Positions 49,605 through 63,298 of a DNA stretch of 64,000 bases are shown here, in pieces. The translations under genes and the position numbers were made by a program. Origin of the DNA: Convolutriloba macropyga (taxonomy: Eukaryota); contig NC_134478.1 of assembly GCF_964194025.1 (NCBI RefSeq), positions 45,942,001-46,006,000 of the forward strand. The letters run 5' to 3'. The notes below the pieces were generated by a model. It saw only the letters and a program-made list of their open reading frames with translations. It did no database searches and had not been told where the DNA came from. Every line of letters starts with the position of its first letter. The stretch's first letter is position 1.

Positions 49605-52600
49605 TACTTTGATACTTCCGTTCAATAATCCGACAACAATTTAGCAGGCGTTATTACCCTATGTTTTAACACACTTAATGGTCATGGCCATGCCTCAGTG
49701 GCCCGTGGGACTTGATATGAAACTATCACAACCGAAAATGCTAAAAAGTTTCCAAAGTTAAAATTGAGAAGTAAGAGAGCAAATGCGTGAACTTCGAGCT
49801 AATTTCACACATCCAGATCCAGCTTTGACAGTCTATTTTTGGTAAAACCTAGCTCGAAAGGAGAGGTTTCAGCTTGACTCCAAAGGAAAAGAGATAATTT
49901 AAAAAAGCGACTGCGTGAACTGTGCTAATTTCAGACATCCAGATCAAACTTTGGCAAGTGATTAACACTATCTATATAAGCTCATTTACTACTTATATTT
50001 GACACCTGTAATCAAACAACACTGAACTGAATCTTACAACTGCTGCTAATTTCTGCGTTCCTCTCTAACCCTGTAAATTATATTTAGGACTAAGACTTTT
50101 TGATACATAAGTATATTTTTCCTGATGGTTTGAGGAGCTTTTGTAGATAAATAAAGCATATAAAATGATGGAGAGGTATGAAAGCATAATAAGCTTATTG
50201 AGGTTCTTATTTGGAAGGTTTCCGCTAGTAATTTCTGGGATGATAGAGTAGATGGCATTTAGAACGTATAGAAATTTGAACTTATCGATTAGATAGGGGT
50301 GGTTGATTTCATCTTTTGTTTTTGGTTTCATAGGATACTGGATCAAAATATAGTTCGTCAGCTTTGTTGTCTTTTTGTCAGATCAAAGATTTACGACGGG
50401 TTCGTAACATCGCTTGGCGTAAAACGTTTGTAAGTGAGCGTAGTTTGAAAACATTTGACATTGAAACTGGCCCAATGAAGAAGATCTCTATCGCATTAGG
50501 TGTGCTGATCACCTTTTTACTCGTTTCGCCATATAGTATTAAAGAAAGGCTTATAGTGGGATTTTTTTCCTCAGGTTATTTTTGTAACTCAACAAATTTA
50601 ATGCTGTCGAATGATATTGTCGCGTCATTATTTCAGGTTCGTTTTGATTGAATTGGTGTCGGTGATTTTATTTGTTAGCTTTTGTGCTTCAAGGATTATT
50701 TGAAAGAGGCTAAGCTTGTTTAGTGATTAATTGCTCTGGACGAAATTCATAGAAATTATTGTAAACGTGTTGGTCTTTTTGCAAGTTTTTCGCTTGATTT
50801 TTCTTGCGCTTTTCTTGTAGAGCATTCTTTGACGTCTCAAGTGACTGTTTTCACTCTTGTTCGTTCTTCTTTTTGAGTGATCTCTCTTGGTCCCACACCG
50901 AAGTAAAGCTTCTTGTTAAAATAAAAACGATTGCAGCATAGCAAGAATCAGGGACTGATAGCCGAGTGCTTCTGGTGAGGGATTGCGAGGTTCATGGTTC
51001 GAGTAAATAAGAAGGATCCAAGAATTGCAGCCAATTGAAGCTTGATAGAATAAGAAATACGAGAATTTAGCGGAAGGCTTTAGTTTTGTCAGCCAATAAA
51101 TATAATTGATTTAAAAAACGGAAAAACAAAAAAAAAACAAAAATTCCGAAAACTAAATTATAGTACATAGTACATCTTTCAAGAGAAATTTTTTTGAGAC
51201 ATGTAGTTGTGCAAATTCTTCCACAAAAGAAAACAAATGAACAATTTGTTGTATTTGAGAAGTTGTCAATTTGTGTAAGTCTTCAATGGTGAAGTAGCAC
51301 TCCTGACTTCAGTTTCTCGGCATTTTGACTTTCTTGAGCAACTCAGTAGCAATCACTTAGTATATTTCAATAGCAAAAACCAAATTCAGTTTTTGAATCA
51401 AGAGCCTTTTAAGTTTCTTTAAGCACAGTTTCTATCATTATGATAATATTGAGGTTACAGAGTTCTTCGAGTATGAATTTCTCCTGCAACGTTTACCAAG
51501 TACTCATGCGCCAAAATGAAGACTTAGCAGCAAAATTTTACACATTACTAGCATATAACTGCTATTTGCTATAGTAAATGTGGTGTGATGTTGGATGATG
51601 TGATTAGGGCTGCGGTGTGACGTGATGTGACGTGATTATTCCTGGAAAGTAACGCCAAATCATGACTGAAGCTGGTTAAAAACAAAATCATATTTAGGCT
51701 GATAACAATTTTTTAATAATATTATTTAGGCTGATAATTGTATGATAATGATCATCGACAGACTGAAATTAGTTAAAAATAATATAACACTTTTAATCTG
51801 AAAGAAAGACTGATCAGTCTATTTTTTCGACATGTGCACAGAATGTGCACGCGCAAAAATGGCTGAAAACTGTTCTGGGTTTTGATTGGTTCCATTCTGA
51901 TGTACTCTAGTTGGTCAGTAGGGGTAGTACGTTTTCATTTTTTGTAATGAAGCTAGCATCTAGGTTATTATCACAAAAACCCATTAACTCAGTCGTTAAG
52001 ACTTGCTACTGAAATTGAATGAAAGAAGTAAACACGGGGAATTTAAAATCAGGTAAACGGAAAACCTTGTAGGTGGACGTTAGGTTGAAAATATTTTTTC
52101 TCTTGAAGTAATTGAGGATGAGCCCGTGTAAATTTGACGTGAGCGGAGTACTGTCAATCCAGAAAAAAACATAATGTCTTTGGACAGATTCAGCAATAAT
52201 TTGCTCTGCCACCAGCTCACTCCTAGGATTTCATGCTTAGAATACAGAGTTGTGCTTTTTTTGTTTTTTTTTCACAAAACTCAAATATTCAATGTATTTT
52301 TGTTAGATTTTTAACCTCGATAATACTCAACTATTAATCTAAATTTCTAAAAGTTTAATGCTGATTAGTCAATAGCATCATTGCGAGCAGAAATTGAACG
52401 CGGCTGGAAGGAACTTTCAAGCATCTCACAAGAACCGTTCATCTTGCAGGATAGCCATCACCCTGTAAGATCTTGAAAGGAACATAAATCTTTCTATATA
52501 AAGATTTTTTACCAGAACCTTGCAAAATTGTGAAGGATAACAATCGGTTCTCGGCTGGGGTATGGCATGAGGTTGGGTTGCAGTCCACGTGGTACTTATA

Positions 52601-53152
52601 TGACCGCATCACCCTCTGAGTAGAAAGATGTAGGGCTGCGGTCATTAAAAAACCTTGGTTCTGCTGGTTTATTTGAAAAACTTAACAAAAAATTGTTAGA
52701 ACAAGCATTTTATACAATGCATTCAAAGCGGACCAATGAGAGAGCTTGAACCATTTGGCTTCTTGTCTCACTTTTTCTTATTTTGCTAGACGTCCATTGG
52801 ACTAGCTTGGCGTCCTCCAAATGAGAGATGTAATGAAACATATATTCTAGACTTTTGGTTGCTCATATTTGGTTGCGACTTCTTGTCAGATGTTTTTGGG
52901 AAAGAGTAACTCTCAGATTTTTGGCGGTAGTTTTAATCATCAGCAAATGTCATGCTTTTCTTGAGTTGCCAAGGTCATTGGGAACATGCTCCAAGAAGGA
53001 GGGCAGGGTTGGAGATCATCTTGATTGTCGTTTGATCCGATATCCTTGAACCTATATAATTGGAATGAAAATACTGTAAGGGCAATAACATCAAAGGGGG
53101 TGGATGTAGCTCATGTTGCCTAAGACCGAAGCGAAAAATTTGAATTAAAAAA

Positions 53153-56100
53153 CTACGGGGAAAAAACCCGTGCGAGGCCGGCGACAGGACGCACGAACGA
53201 GCCGTAGGCCGTTTTTACTTTGACAACTCGTACTTCACCGTCTCGTCCAGGGGATGTTTCCACAACTCTTCCAAGGGGCCAGATTCCTCTCGGCGTCAAG
53301 TCCTTGAGTACCCACACAACATCTCCTAATTTCAGAGGAGGCTGGTTGTTGTCTGTCCATTTACGTCTCTTGAGTAATGTCGGCAGGTACTCCTTAATCA
53401 AACGCCGCCACACGTGGTTCATCAACTGCTGCACGTGCTTCCAGTTCTTGAAACTAGCTGGCTGTTGGTCTCCAAAGTTTCCGGGTGGCAGGGAACTGTA
53501 AGGGCGTTGAATGAGGAAATGGTTAGGAGTGAGTGGTTCTTCGTTTTCAGGCTGATCAGCAACGTTTGTCAAGGGTCTGGAATTCAGGATTGCTTCGACT
53601 TCTACCATTATTGTCTCAAAGATGTCGAAGGAGAGACGCTTAGATCCTAGAATGATTAAGAGTGTCCTTTTGGCGCTCTGAATCAATCGCTCCCACACGC
53701 CACCGAAATGAGGGCCGTATGGTGGGTTAAATTTCCATGTGGTTTTGACTGCAGCTAGGGCGTTATAAATCTTGTCTTTGTCTAAAGCCTTAACCGACTT
53801 CTTCAGCTCTTCGGAAGCGCCAACAAATGTTTTTCCGTTATCGCTGTACAATAAAATAGGTTGGCATCTTCGGCAGGTGAATCGTCGATATGCATTGAGG
53901 AAGGTGTCTGTATTTAAATCTGGACATGTTTCTAACTGGACTGCTCGCGTAACGAGGCATGTAAAAATAAGTCCTTAATGTTTCTCGATTTTGCCTTGTT
54001 TGTCCTCAATATAAAACGGGCCAAAAAAGTCCAGTCCTGTGTTGGCAAACGGAAATTTGGTTTCTTCTGTGGGGAAGCGGAAAGCAGGAAGTGGGGCCAT
54101 TATTGGTTGTATATTTTGAGTGTCAAAACGACGACACAGAAAACATCGGTATTTTATTGAAAGTAGTGTTTTTCGAAGTCCAATGACGTAGTAGCGTTGT
54201 TGTACGAATGCTTTGACCGGTTCTGTTGCTTGATGAGCACAAATTCTGTGCGCATGTTCAAGGTATAAGTCTCGCAATCTTTTCCTTTGCGTCCAAGATT
54301 ATTGGACATTTTTCAATCTCATATTCTGTTGGAGCAAATAGGAGACGGCCACTAGATCGTAGGAGTCCGTTTTGGTCAATTATTGGATTTAAGTTTCTCA
54401 ATTTGCTCTTGGCGTCTAATTTTTGTGTTCTTTTTATTGCGTTGATTGTTGAGGAAAAAGCATTGTTTTGAGACAACTTAAGCAGAAAATTTTGAGATAA
54501 ACAAACATCATCTTTTGTGTATTGGCTCTTGTCGGAACGATTCTTCTTAGCTCTGTAAATTAAATTGAAGACAGTCGCGAGGGTTAAAAGTAGCTTATTC
54601 CATGTTGAAAAGCGGTTTGGGTCTAGAACAGGTTTGATCGGGGTTTTTGTATTTTGTTTTTGGGTGCGAATGTAAGCAACTGCTGACAATGCAACGGTTG
54701 AGGCGTCAACAAAGACATGGAGCTGGTGATTATTTTCCTGATTCGTTGAGGAGTTCAACCATCTGGGGATTTCGATATCAGGCATTGCAAAGTAACTATC
54801 GAGCACTTTTTTTAGGTAGGAATGAAGTTCTGCGGGAAGTGGTTCATCCCACTTCTTACCTAGCTTCCAGACTTGTTGTAAAAGCATTTTGATTCTAATT
54901 GTGAGCGGGGACAAAATTCCTAGGGGATCGAAAAATGTTGATACTAAGCTGAACATTTTCCTTTGTGTATACTCACTTGCATTTCGGGGAAAATGTTCTA
55001 ATGTCTTCATTAGAAAACAGTCAGTTCTGGTATTCCATTTCTGACCGAGGACTCTATTGATCTCTTTCAGTTCATCTCGATCTTCTTGCTCAATGAACCT
55101 TAGGGCTTCATGTTTGTTTGACACAAATTTTGTCAAGCGAAAGCCACCTTTATGAAGGCTATCTTTAGTCTGGTTAATGGTGTCAATTGCTTCTTCTATA
55201 GACGCCAAAGAATGGATATAGTCGTCCATATAAAAATGGTTCTTTATTGCATTAACTGCTGTTGGAAATTCAATTGCTTTATCTTCTGCGCAACGGTTCA
55301 GAACGAAAATTGCACAAAATGGGGAGCAGTTTGCTCCAAAAATTAATCTGGTGAACTGGTATTGGTTAACCATCTCTTCATTGGGCCAGAGAAAGCGTAA
55401 TGCACATTGGTCCTCATGCCTTATTGCTATCTGCATGAACATGTCGTCGATATCAGAGAGAATGGCAACTGGGTTTTCACAAAATCTCAGAAGAATTCCG
55501 ACCAAGTTGTTCAGCAAATCTGGTCCTGTGATCAAATTGGAGTTCAAGGATTGTCCTCTAAACTTGGCCGCAGCATTTGCTACTCTGCGCACTTTTCCGG
55601 GCTTGTTTGGATTAACCACTGGGTGATGAGGCAAATACCAAATTTTCTCGGGTTCTGGCTGCTGCATTTCAACTGGCTTGACATAAAATTTTTGAAGATC
55701 TGTTGTGAGAGTTTGCTCATACAACTCTTTCAATTGGAGGTCATTACTGAGTCGCTTCTGAAGACTTTTCAGCTGGCTGAGAGCTGCAAAATAATTATTT
55801 TCAATTCTCAATGGTTTTTTCCAAGGCAGTCCATTTTCGCACTTCTCACCATTGTAGCTGATTGTTTTGTTCAAGATATCAAGGGCTTCCTTTTCAACGG
55901 GATTTTTAGATTCAGGCTCGGGTTGAGTTCCTTCAGCTTCAATTTTCCAGAATTGCTCAAGCAATTCATCAAGAGGCTGATCGTCGGAGCTTCTTCTTGA
56001 TACGTGGTACACGTACTGTTTCTGCTGGTGAGATCGTTGTTTGGGTTGCTTTAGCACTCTTTCATACTCTCCAGCTAGGGTCTTTCCAAGCCTCGTCTTT

Positions 56101-59100
56101 ATGCCGAAAGGCTGGTTTTTAGTTGCCGGGATGACTTCAACTGGATGTGTGAAAGAAAAAGTGTTTATTCCCAAAAGGGCACCGATTTTGCCATCAGCTA
56201 TTTCTGGGAAGTGAATGTGACGGAGTTCTTTGAATGCATCGCAAAGTTGGTTGAGTTCAAATGTATTAGCTGGTGCTACATTTAAACAAGGGGTGCTATA
56301 AGTGGTTGTAATTTGAAAGTTTGATCCAAATTTTCGTAGGATGCAACTGTCACTTTTTCAGAAATTTTTGAAAGTGGCATAACATGCTCTGTGTTAAGAT
56401 ACTGAAGCGTAGTTGCTTCTTGATCTTCGCATGGAAGAGCAAGGAACTCTGTGATTTTGTCAAGTATGAAAGTAAATTGGCTTCCTGGATCGATCAGAGC
56501 GTACGTATCAAAAGCTTCTTTGCCGTTTAGAAAAGATACTGGGATAAGTTGAAGTTGTTCGAACCATTCTTTTGGTGTAGACTGTAGATGATTCACGCTA
56601 AAACTTTGGTTGGCATTGTTCAAATTAGCGCGCTGAAATTGATTCTGATTTTTGTTTGCAAAAGACTGTCCGTAGCGGCTCTTTTGTGATTTGGATGAGG
56701 CGCTTGCGTTGTTGTTACTTCCTGGTTCACATTGCTGTTTGACAAGCTGATTTGCTTGGTTGGCAACACTTGTACCCGTGGAATTGCTGGTGGCAAAAGC
56801 AGCTGGTGGACGCTTGATAATTTTAGCAGGGTCATGCAGTGTTGTGTGGTGGTATCCGCTGGCAGCGTTTTGTTGATGGGCAGTTTTGCTTCTTGTGTTT
56901 ATTGCTCAAACAGTTCGAGCAAAGATTTCTCTTGCTTACAATGTCAAATCGCTGGTTGGGGCTGCATTGTTGGTAATCGGGACAGGTCGCTAGTATATGA
57001 TTTCCTCGACATTTTTCGCAAGAACGCTTTGGTTGATTTGAGTTGTTTAGGGGTGGAAATGGTGGAGCGCTAGGTGGTTTCACATTGCCGCTACTGCTTA
57101 TTGCTGTTGACTGATTTAGGCTAGTCGGCTGTGCTGGAAAGCCTAAATTTTGGGTACTTAAATTTCTTGAGTGATTAACGCTGTTGTTCAAATTTCCAGA
57201 GATACTAAAGTTGTTTCTACGAAGGTTATTTTGCTGGAAGTTTTCGCGGTTTATCTTATCGTACAAATGTGCTTGAACTTCTAACCATTTCTGAAATTCA
57301 GCTAAAGTAGCTGGTGTTTGAATTGATGTAACGGTGTGCTCTGTCCATTTGAGGAGGATGTTATGCGGGACTTTTTCTTTAGCTTTCTTCATAAGTGTTG
57401 AGCTCTGTAGGTCCGCTGTGTATCCCAGGTATTGGAAAGCTTGCACTAAACGTTTCAAGAACAAAGCAAAGGCCACAAAATTTTGCTTGTTATAGTCATT
57501 AGTTGATTTCCAGTTTTCCAATTGATTTATGAAGGCGTTCACCACTATTGTAGGATTACAAAAATATGACATTAGTTCGTTTAAAGCTGTGCTATAATAA
57601 GCAGGATCACACGAATAAGCTTGGATTACATCTTTTGCTTTGCCAGTAACTGCATTTTGCAAATAGGTGATACGATGTGTGTCGGTGATACTGGTGTTGT
57701 TATGTACGAGGCAAAAAAAGTTATTTATTCATTCGTGGTACTTCAATGGGTTGCCATTAAAGTTTTGAATTGTAAGAGGTGGTAACTTTATTGAGTGTTT
57801 ACTTGTTGAATTCTGGCAATATGGAGCTGTGTTTGAGGTCCACGGTAAAGAATTGATTTCAAATGAAGGGTTTTTGAACCTTTCATTTGATATTGGATTC
57901 AATACGCTGGAAAATTGATGTGAATGTGGTAATTGTGGCTGGGGATTTTGCTCTACTGAAGGCAGTTCATGTGGGGGAAACGTTGAGATTGGAGGAGCAA
58001 TTGGAGCACTTTCAGTTATTGTTTTTGAACAGGCGGTTTGTTGAACACCGAATAGGTTGACAGGCTCAATGCCTACGGTATTGACTTGTGACTGTGGAAT
58101 TGAGTGAAGTTTCCAGGTAAATTGAGTGAAGTTTCCAGGTAAATTTTTAATCTCTGTGTTTTTCGATTCCTGTCTATTATGCAATGGTAAAGAAAAAATG
58201 TTAGATGTTTGAAAATTGTTTGCGTTTTGGCAGGAATTTTCGGAGAACTGATTAAAGTTTGTCATTGTGTTACTGGGTTCAATTGGTTGTTTTGTCTGTT
58301 GCGGATCAAAATCTAGATTCGGTGCTTTTTCTTGACTTTAATATTTGACAGAACTGGGATTCATCAAGCGGGGATTATGTGTTCCTTGGAATTGGGAACA
58401 ACCCATGCTCTTTGGTTCAAACGTTTGCGTCTGAAACCGTTCCTCGGCGATATCTCGAGAAAATTCAGATAACATATTTTTTGACTGTAATTGATTATTA
58501 AGGTTTTCCTGAGGAAAACCGTTTTGAAAGTTATTTTGCGTGCTTACAAAACTAAGTGGCTGGATTGAATCATTGTCTGCTTTAAACTGCTGCTGGTTGA
58601 CTGTAATATTATCAACAGCAGATAACTTTGTATCACTGAGAGCAAAACGATCGGGAGTTTTTGCGACGGTCGTCTCAGGTTTCGCAAAATTTTTATCCGA
58701 GTGTTTTACTTCTGTCTTGGAATCAACTGTGTTATCGATGCTAATTGGTCTGAATAAACTTGTTGTACTCATTCCAATAGTAGGGGGATTCTCGTTGTTG
58801 CCATTTAAAAACTTTGACAACATTGGTTTGGTCCTGTGGCATTCAGACAAATACAGGGATGGTTTCTCCGGTCTCGGTGTGAGAGGTGGTGTTTTGTTGG
58901 AGAATGATGAACGTTCTGGGTTGCTTGCTTCTGGAATCTCGTTCATTGATGGTGAGCATCTCCGTGAGGTTGGATATCTGGCAGTCGTATGAGTTGTTAC
59001 ACTGACATCATCGCGTATCCTAGTTGAAGATTGGCTGAGTAGTCCATCGTCATCTAAACTGTCAATTTCGTGTTCAAATTTCTCTAGACGTGACAGAAGG

Positions 59101-59350
59101 TTTCAATATCGTTCCATGACAGATGAAGTGCTGCTGGAGTTCGGACTTTCTTTTAACACGGCATCAAGTGTTGTTTTCAGGTCGTCAACATTTGCTTTTG
59201 CTTTACTGATGAGCAGGGTGAGTGATCTGAAACTCTTTCGCTGATCGATTGCAGTTTGTAAGAGGTCCAGCTTGCTTTTCAAACTCAGCTCTGCAATTTT
59301 GAATTTGTTTAACGCGTACTGACAACTTTGACTGTTCTTCTTTGTCATCT
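53153..59350 (-). pseudogene. BEL-3 gag-pol polyprotein, broken by stops/frameshifts and an internal deletion after AYIRTQKQ
   Basis: ORF track pieces 59103-59420, 58338-58946, 57729-58265, 56832-57662, 56282-56623, 54258-56174, 53975-54277 and 53153-53851 are collinear BEL domains. Confidence 0.9.
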
Positions 59351-60369
59351 TGCTCTTGTTGGTCTTTTTCGTACTAACAGGTAAAAAACGGCTTCGAAAC
59401 CGGAGCGACGCAAATTTCAAAGTCGAAAAACAATAATTATGAAAACTGTGAGGCTAATCAGCCCCAGTTTTTGTTGTTAAAATACGACGCAACTTTTCTG
59501 AAAAATAGAATCCTATTGTTTTTTTTTGTGCTAAATCTAGCTAGTTTTATCTAAAAAAAAAGAAAAATAAACGTGTGCGCGCGCTTGTTTCGTTATTTCA
59601 ATAAACACGACCAAATAATTGCTAAAACTTGGGGAAATTAAGATTTCCTTATGAGTATAATAAATGTATGGCTCTTGAATAGTTTTTTGTTACAAAATTT
59701 TACAAGGGCTAACACTTTTTTCGAAAAAGGAACAAAAATGCTTAGAGATTGCTACTGCTTGGATCCTGTGTTGAAAAAATTTAAGAGTTTTTTTTATTGC
59801 GGTGCGAATAGGCAACGTGAGCTACAGACAAGCAGACAAGACAACTTGATTTGTACTGGGGCTCGTTTGAAATTCTTTCCTTTTAAGTTGAACTGCTTGC
59901 TTTTGGTTTTCTTTTCAAAACTTTTGAAATCTTTACGTTGAAAATTCCTTCCGCTCTTGTGACTGCTGACAGTAAGTTTTGAAGATCATCTACTCTGGTA
60001 ACTACTGACACCAAAAATATTCTCTCCTTCTATCTGGTGACTACTGAGACCAAAAAAGGGCAAAGGGACTTCTTCCGGCAACTTCTGAGACCGCGGACAA
60101 AAAAGGAAGAGACGTTTGCGTTATCCTCAAGGAAGTATTTGTGTGAGCAAATTTAAGTGGGGAAATATTTCGAGCTTTTGATTTTCTTGCTTTTGATCTA
60201 ATGAGAAAAATGTTCTTAATTTTTCCTCTTTTTTCTTTTTTCTTGAAGTTGTTTTCAGTGCATACTACCCCATTAACTAAGCGCGCGGCTAGTAGTATGC
60301 AAAAATTGAAAGCAAAAATGTGATTATCTGGTTTTCTTAAGAATAAAGTTTTGCAAAAGCGATAAAATT

Positions 60370-61400
60370 TATTTATCAGCTTGTTTTGAAGTAAACTGAG
60401 GGGGTGCGATCAACATGTTTTCTGGGACTAATAAGTGTTTTAATCAAGACTTTGGGAAAACGTTTTTAATTTTTTTTTTGAGTGAAAGAAGCAGTTTTGC
60501 CAATTTTATGTTGCTTCTTTACTAAATGTAAAATCAAAAAAGAATTTTGAAGCTTGTCTTATAACAAACTGAGGGGGTTCAATGAATAGGTTTTCTTAGA
60601 TCTACAAATTATATCTATCAAAACGTCAAGAAAACTTTTTTGATTTTTTTTTGAGTCTCAGAAGCAATTTTGCCAATTTTATGTTGCCTCTTTATTGAAA
60701 TGCAAAAATGATAAACTAATTTTGAAGCTTGTTTTGTAACAAACTGAGGGGGCTCAATGAACAGGTTTTCTTGGATCTACTAATTGTTTATAACAAAATT
60801 CCAAGAAAACGTTTTTTGAATTTTTAAATCAAAGAAGAAATTTTTGCCAAATTCTCTTTGTCTCTTTGCTATAAAGCAAAGTCCATAAACTAATTTTAAA
60901 ACTTGTATTATAGCAAACTGAGGGTGCCCAATCAATAGGTTTTCTTGGATCTACTAATAGTTTATATCATTACGTCAAGAAAACGTTTTTTGAATTTTTA
61001 AAATCAAAGAAGCAATTTTTGGCCAAATTCTCGTTGTCTCTTTGCTAAAAAACAAAGTCCATAAACTAACTTTAAAACTTGTATTATAATAAACTGAGGG
61101 GGCCCAATCAATAGGTTTTCTTGGATTTATTAAAAATTTTCCATTAAAATGTTGGAATAACGTTTTTTGATTTTTGACCCTCAAAAAAGCACTTTTGCGA
61201 CTTTTTCGTTTTCGTGCAAAAATTTTACATAAACAACTAGACTTTATAAAAGTCAATTTAAGGTTAAACTGAGGTGTTCTATTCAACTACTAATTCTACT
61301 GTTATGTAGATTTTTTGCGACAAATTCAGAAAAACGTTTTTGAATTTTTCTGATCCAAAAAAGGCTATATCGTTTTTTCGTACAATTTGTGTGTTTTTTG
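60370..61400. repeat. Diverged ~175 bp tandem array (6 units) in the BEL-3 leader
   Basis: Anchor AAACTGAGG at 60393, 60566, 60741, 60915, 61091 and 61266. Confidence 0.9.
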
Positions 61401-61743
61401 CTGCTAAATGCTGACATGTGGTTTCTCATGGCAATTTCTTTCAAAAAGCATCGACAAAAGCTCGCTGGGGGACAATTTTCATTTTTTTGAGATTTTTGTC
61501 GCAAAAAAATTCAAGTTTTTTTTGGATACGTCTAACCGGGAAAGGGACTTCTGAGGTGACTTCTGAGACCTCGGGCTATCATCTCTTGGTGACATCTGCA
61601 ACCAGAAAAAAGTCAGGCCTTCTTGATCGGGTGACGTCTGGAACCCTTGAAAAAAATTCTCCTCGTCTTTGGTGACGTCTGAGACCAAAAGAAAACTGTC
61701 TTCGGGGGGTTTTTCTGATTGTTTCAAATCCTCTGTCCTCACC

Positions 61744-62135
61744 GTCAGCGGCCTGATTCTCTCTTGTGCGGGGGAGGTAACTTGTCACTGTTTGCTTTGT
61801 AGTCAGCGGCCTGAATCCCTCTTGTGCGGGGGAGGTAACTTGTCACTATTTGCTTTGTCGTCAGCGGCCTGAATCCCTCTTGTGCGGGGGAGGTAACTTG
61901 TCACTATTTGCTTTGTCGTCAGCGGCCTGATTCTCTCTTGCGCGGGGGAGGTAACTTGTCACTGTTTGCTTTGTAGTCAGCGGCCTGAATCCCTCTTGTA
62001 CGGGGGAGGTAACTTGTCACTATTTGCTTTGTCGTCAGCGGCCTGAATCCCTCTTGTGCGGGGGAGGTAACTTGTCACTATTTGCTTTGTCGTCAGCGGC
62101 CTGAATCCCTCTTGTGCGGGGGGGGGGGGGGGGGG
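61744..62135. repeat. Homogeneous 58 bp tandem array (6.5 units, ABBABB higher order) in the BEL-3 leader
   Basis: GTCAGCGGCCTGA at 61744, 61802, 61860, 61918, 61976, 62034 and 62092. Confidence 0.95.
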
Positions 62136-62979
62136 ATGTCACCCTCCTTGTGAAAAAAAAAATCCGTTTCAGAAGGTGGACTATGTTTCTTAATCACGGA
62201 GATAGGTCTCCATTTTATGTAATGAAACATATATTCTAGACTTTTGGTTGCTCATATTTGGTTGCGACTTCTTGTCAGATGTTTTTGGGAAAGAGTAACT
62301 CTAAGGTTTTTGGCGGTAGTTTTAATCATCAGCAAATGTCATGCTTTTCTTGAGTTCCCAAGGTCATTGGGAACAAGAGACACAGAAACTGTATAATAAT
62401 TTTCAGGATGACAAAAAACCTGCTCCGCTTCGAGTTGAATTTAGCTGGCAAAAACAAATTTCCAACCGTAATATCAAGCTATCAATGTAGGGATTTTCAC
62501 ATTAATGATTTAATTGAATTGTGTTTGTGTTAATTCATTGCCGGTCAAATGATCGATATACAAAATAGCCATAACACCTTTCAACTGACAATTTAGTAAC
62601 TTCAGCCATTTTAAGACCACATCTCAGAGTAATTACTCTCGCATTAAGTGGGTAGAATTAAGACTGAGCTGGTTTCCAGAATATAAGGACTTTTTATTCA
62701 TTAAACACAAACACGTCACCCAGATCTGACAGGTCATCAAAGAGCTTCAAAGAAGCCTAGTCGAATTATGTCTTGAAACAGTTGAAAGATACTTGACCAG
62801 AAGTCTTTCTTCGAAAGAGTAGAGAAGAGATCTTTAGAAAAAGAGAAAAGGGTAAAGAATAGTTCTTTAGTTTTAAAACAAACTTCATTTGACAACACTT
62901 ATTAATCACAACTCAGAGCCCCCGAGCCTTGATACTAATCTATCACACGCGAACGAAGTATCATGACCGAAGGCACTGT

Positions 62980-63036
62980 ATATGCTAGAACAAAATCTTA
63001 GTCGCCCGAGGGGATCAAGATTTTGTTCTAACATAT
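62980..63036. repeat. Small hairpin
   Basis: ATATGCTAGAACAAAATCTT ... AAGATTTTGTTCTAACATAT. Confidence 0.7.
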
Positions 63037-63205
63037 TTTGAGAACCAAAAAGCGCGAAAGTGTTGAATTTTATTTGAAATCGTAGTTAAAAGTAAAATTT
63101 TGCAAATTAGTGAAAGAAAAGTTTTCTTAAAAAAGTACAGAAGTTGAAATAAATCAAACTACTCCATCTCTGATTGCAAAATAGAGATTATTTATAGTGG
63201 TTTGA

Positions 63206-63298
63206 TTCAAGGAGCGAAAGTCTATTTTTTTTCACCTGAACTAGGACAAAAATTAGTAAAAAAAATTTCGATGAAAAATTAGACTTTCACTTCCTGAA
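63206..63298. repeat. Imperfect inverted repeat
   Basis: TTCAAGGAGCGAAAGTCTATTTTTTTTCA ... TGAAAAATTAGACTTTCACTTCCTGAA. Confidence 0.55.

Larger units (their letters stand above)
52829..62375 (-). mobile_element. Full-length-bounded BEL/Pao LTR retrotransposon BEL-3 (defective)
   Basis: 158 bp LTRs at 52829-52986 and 62218-62375 (TGTAATG...GGAACA, 3 differences seen); perfect TSD AGAGA. Gag FNGNPLKY and CEKC/CSNC knuckles; protease ALIDPGS; RT YLPHHPV, YMDD; integrase GLDFFGP, SDNGKTF, PPYGPHFGGVWE, WPLGRV. Confidence 0.95.

Noticed and set aside
49407-49644. YPMP / TQCHY repeat ORFs
   Set aside because: Products of a 15 bp tandem repeat.
61744-62135. Regularly spaced repeats resembling a CRISPR array
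   Set aside because: Units are contiguous and near identical, with no unique spacers and no cas genes; eukaryotic retrotransposon context.
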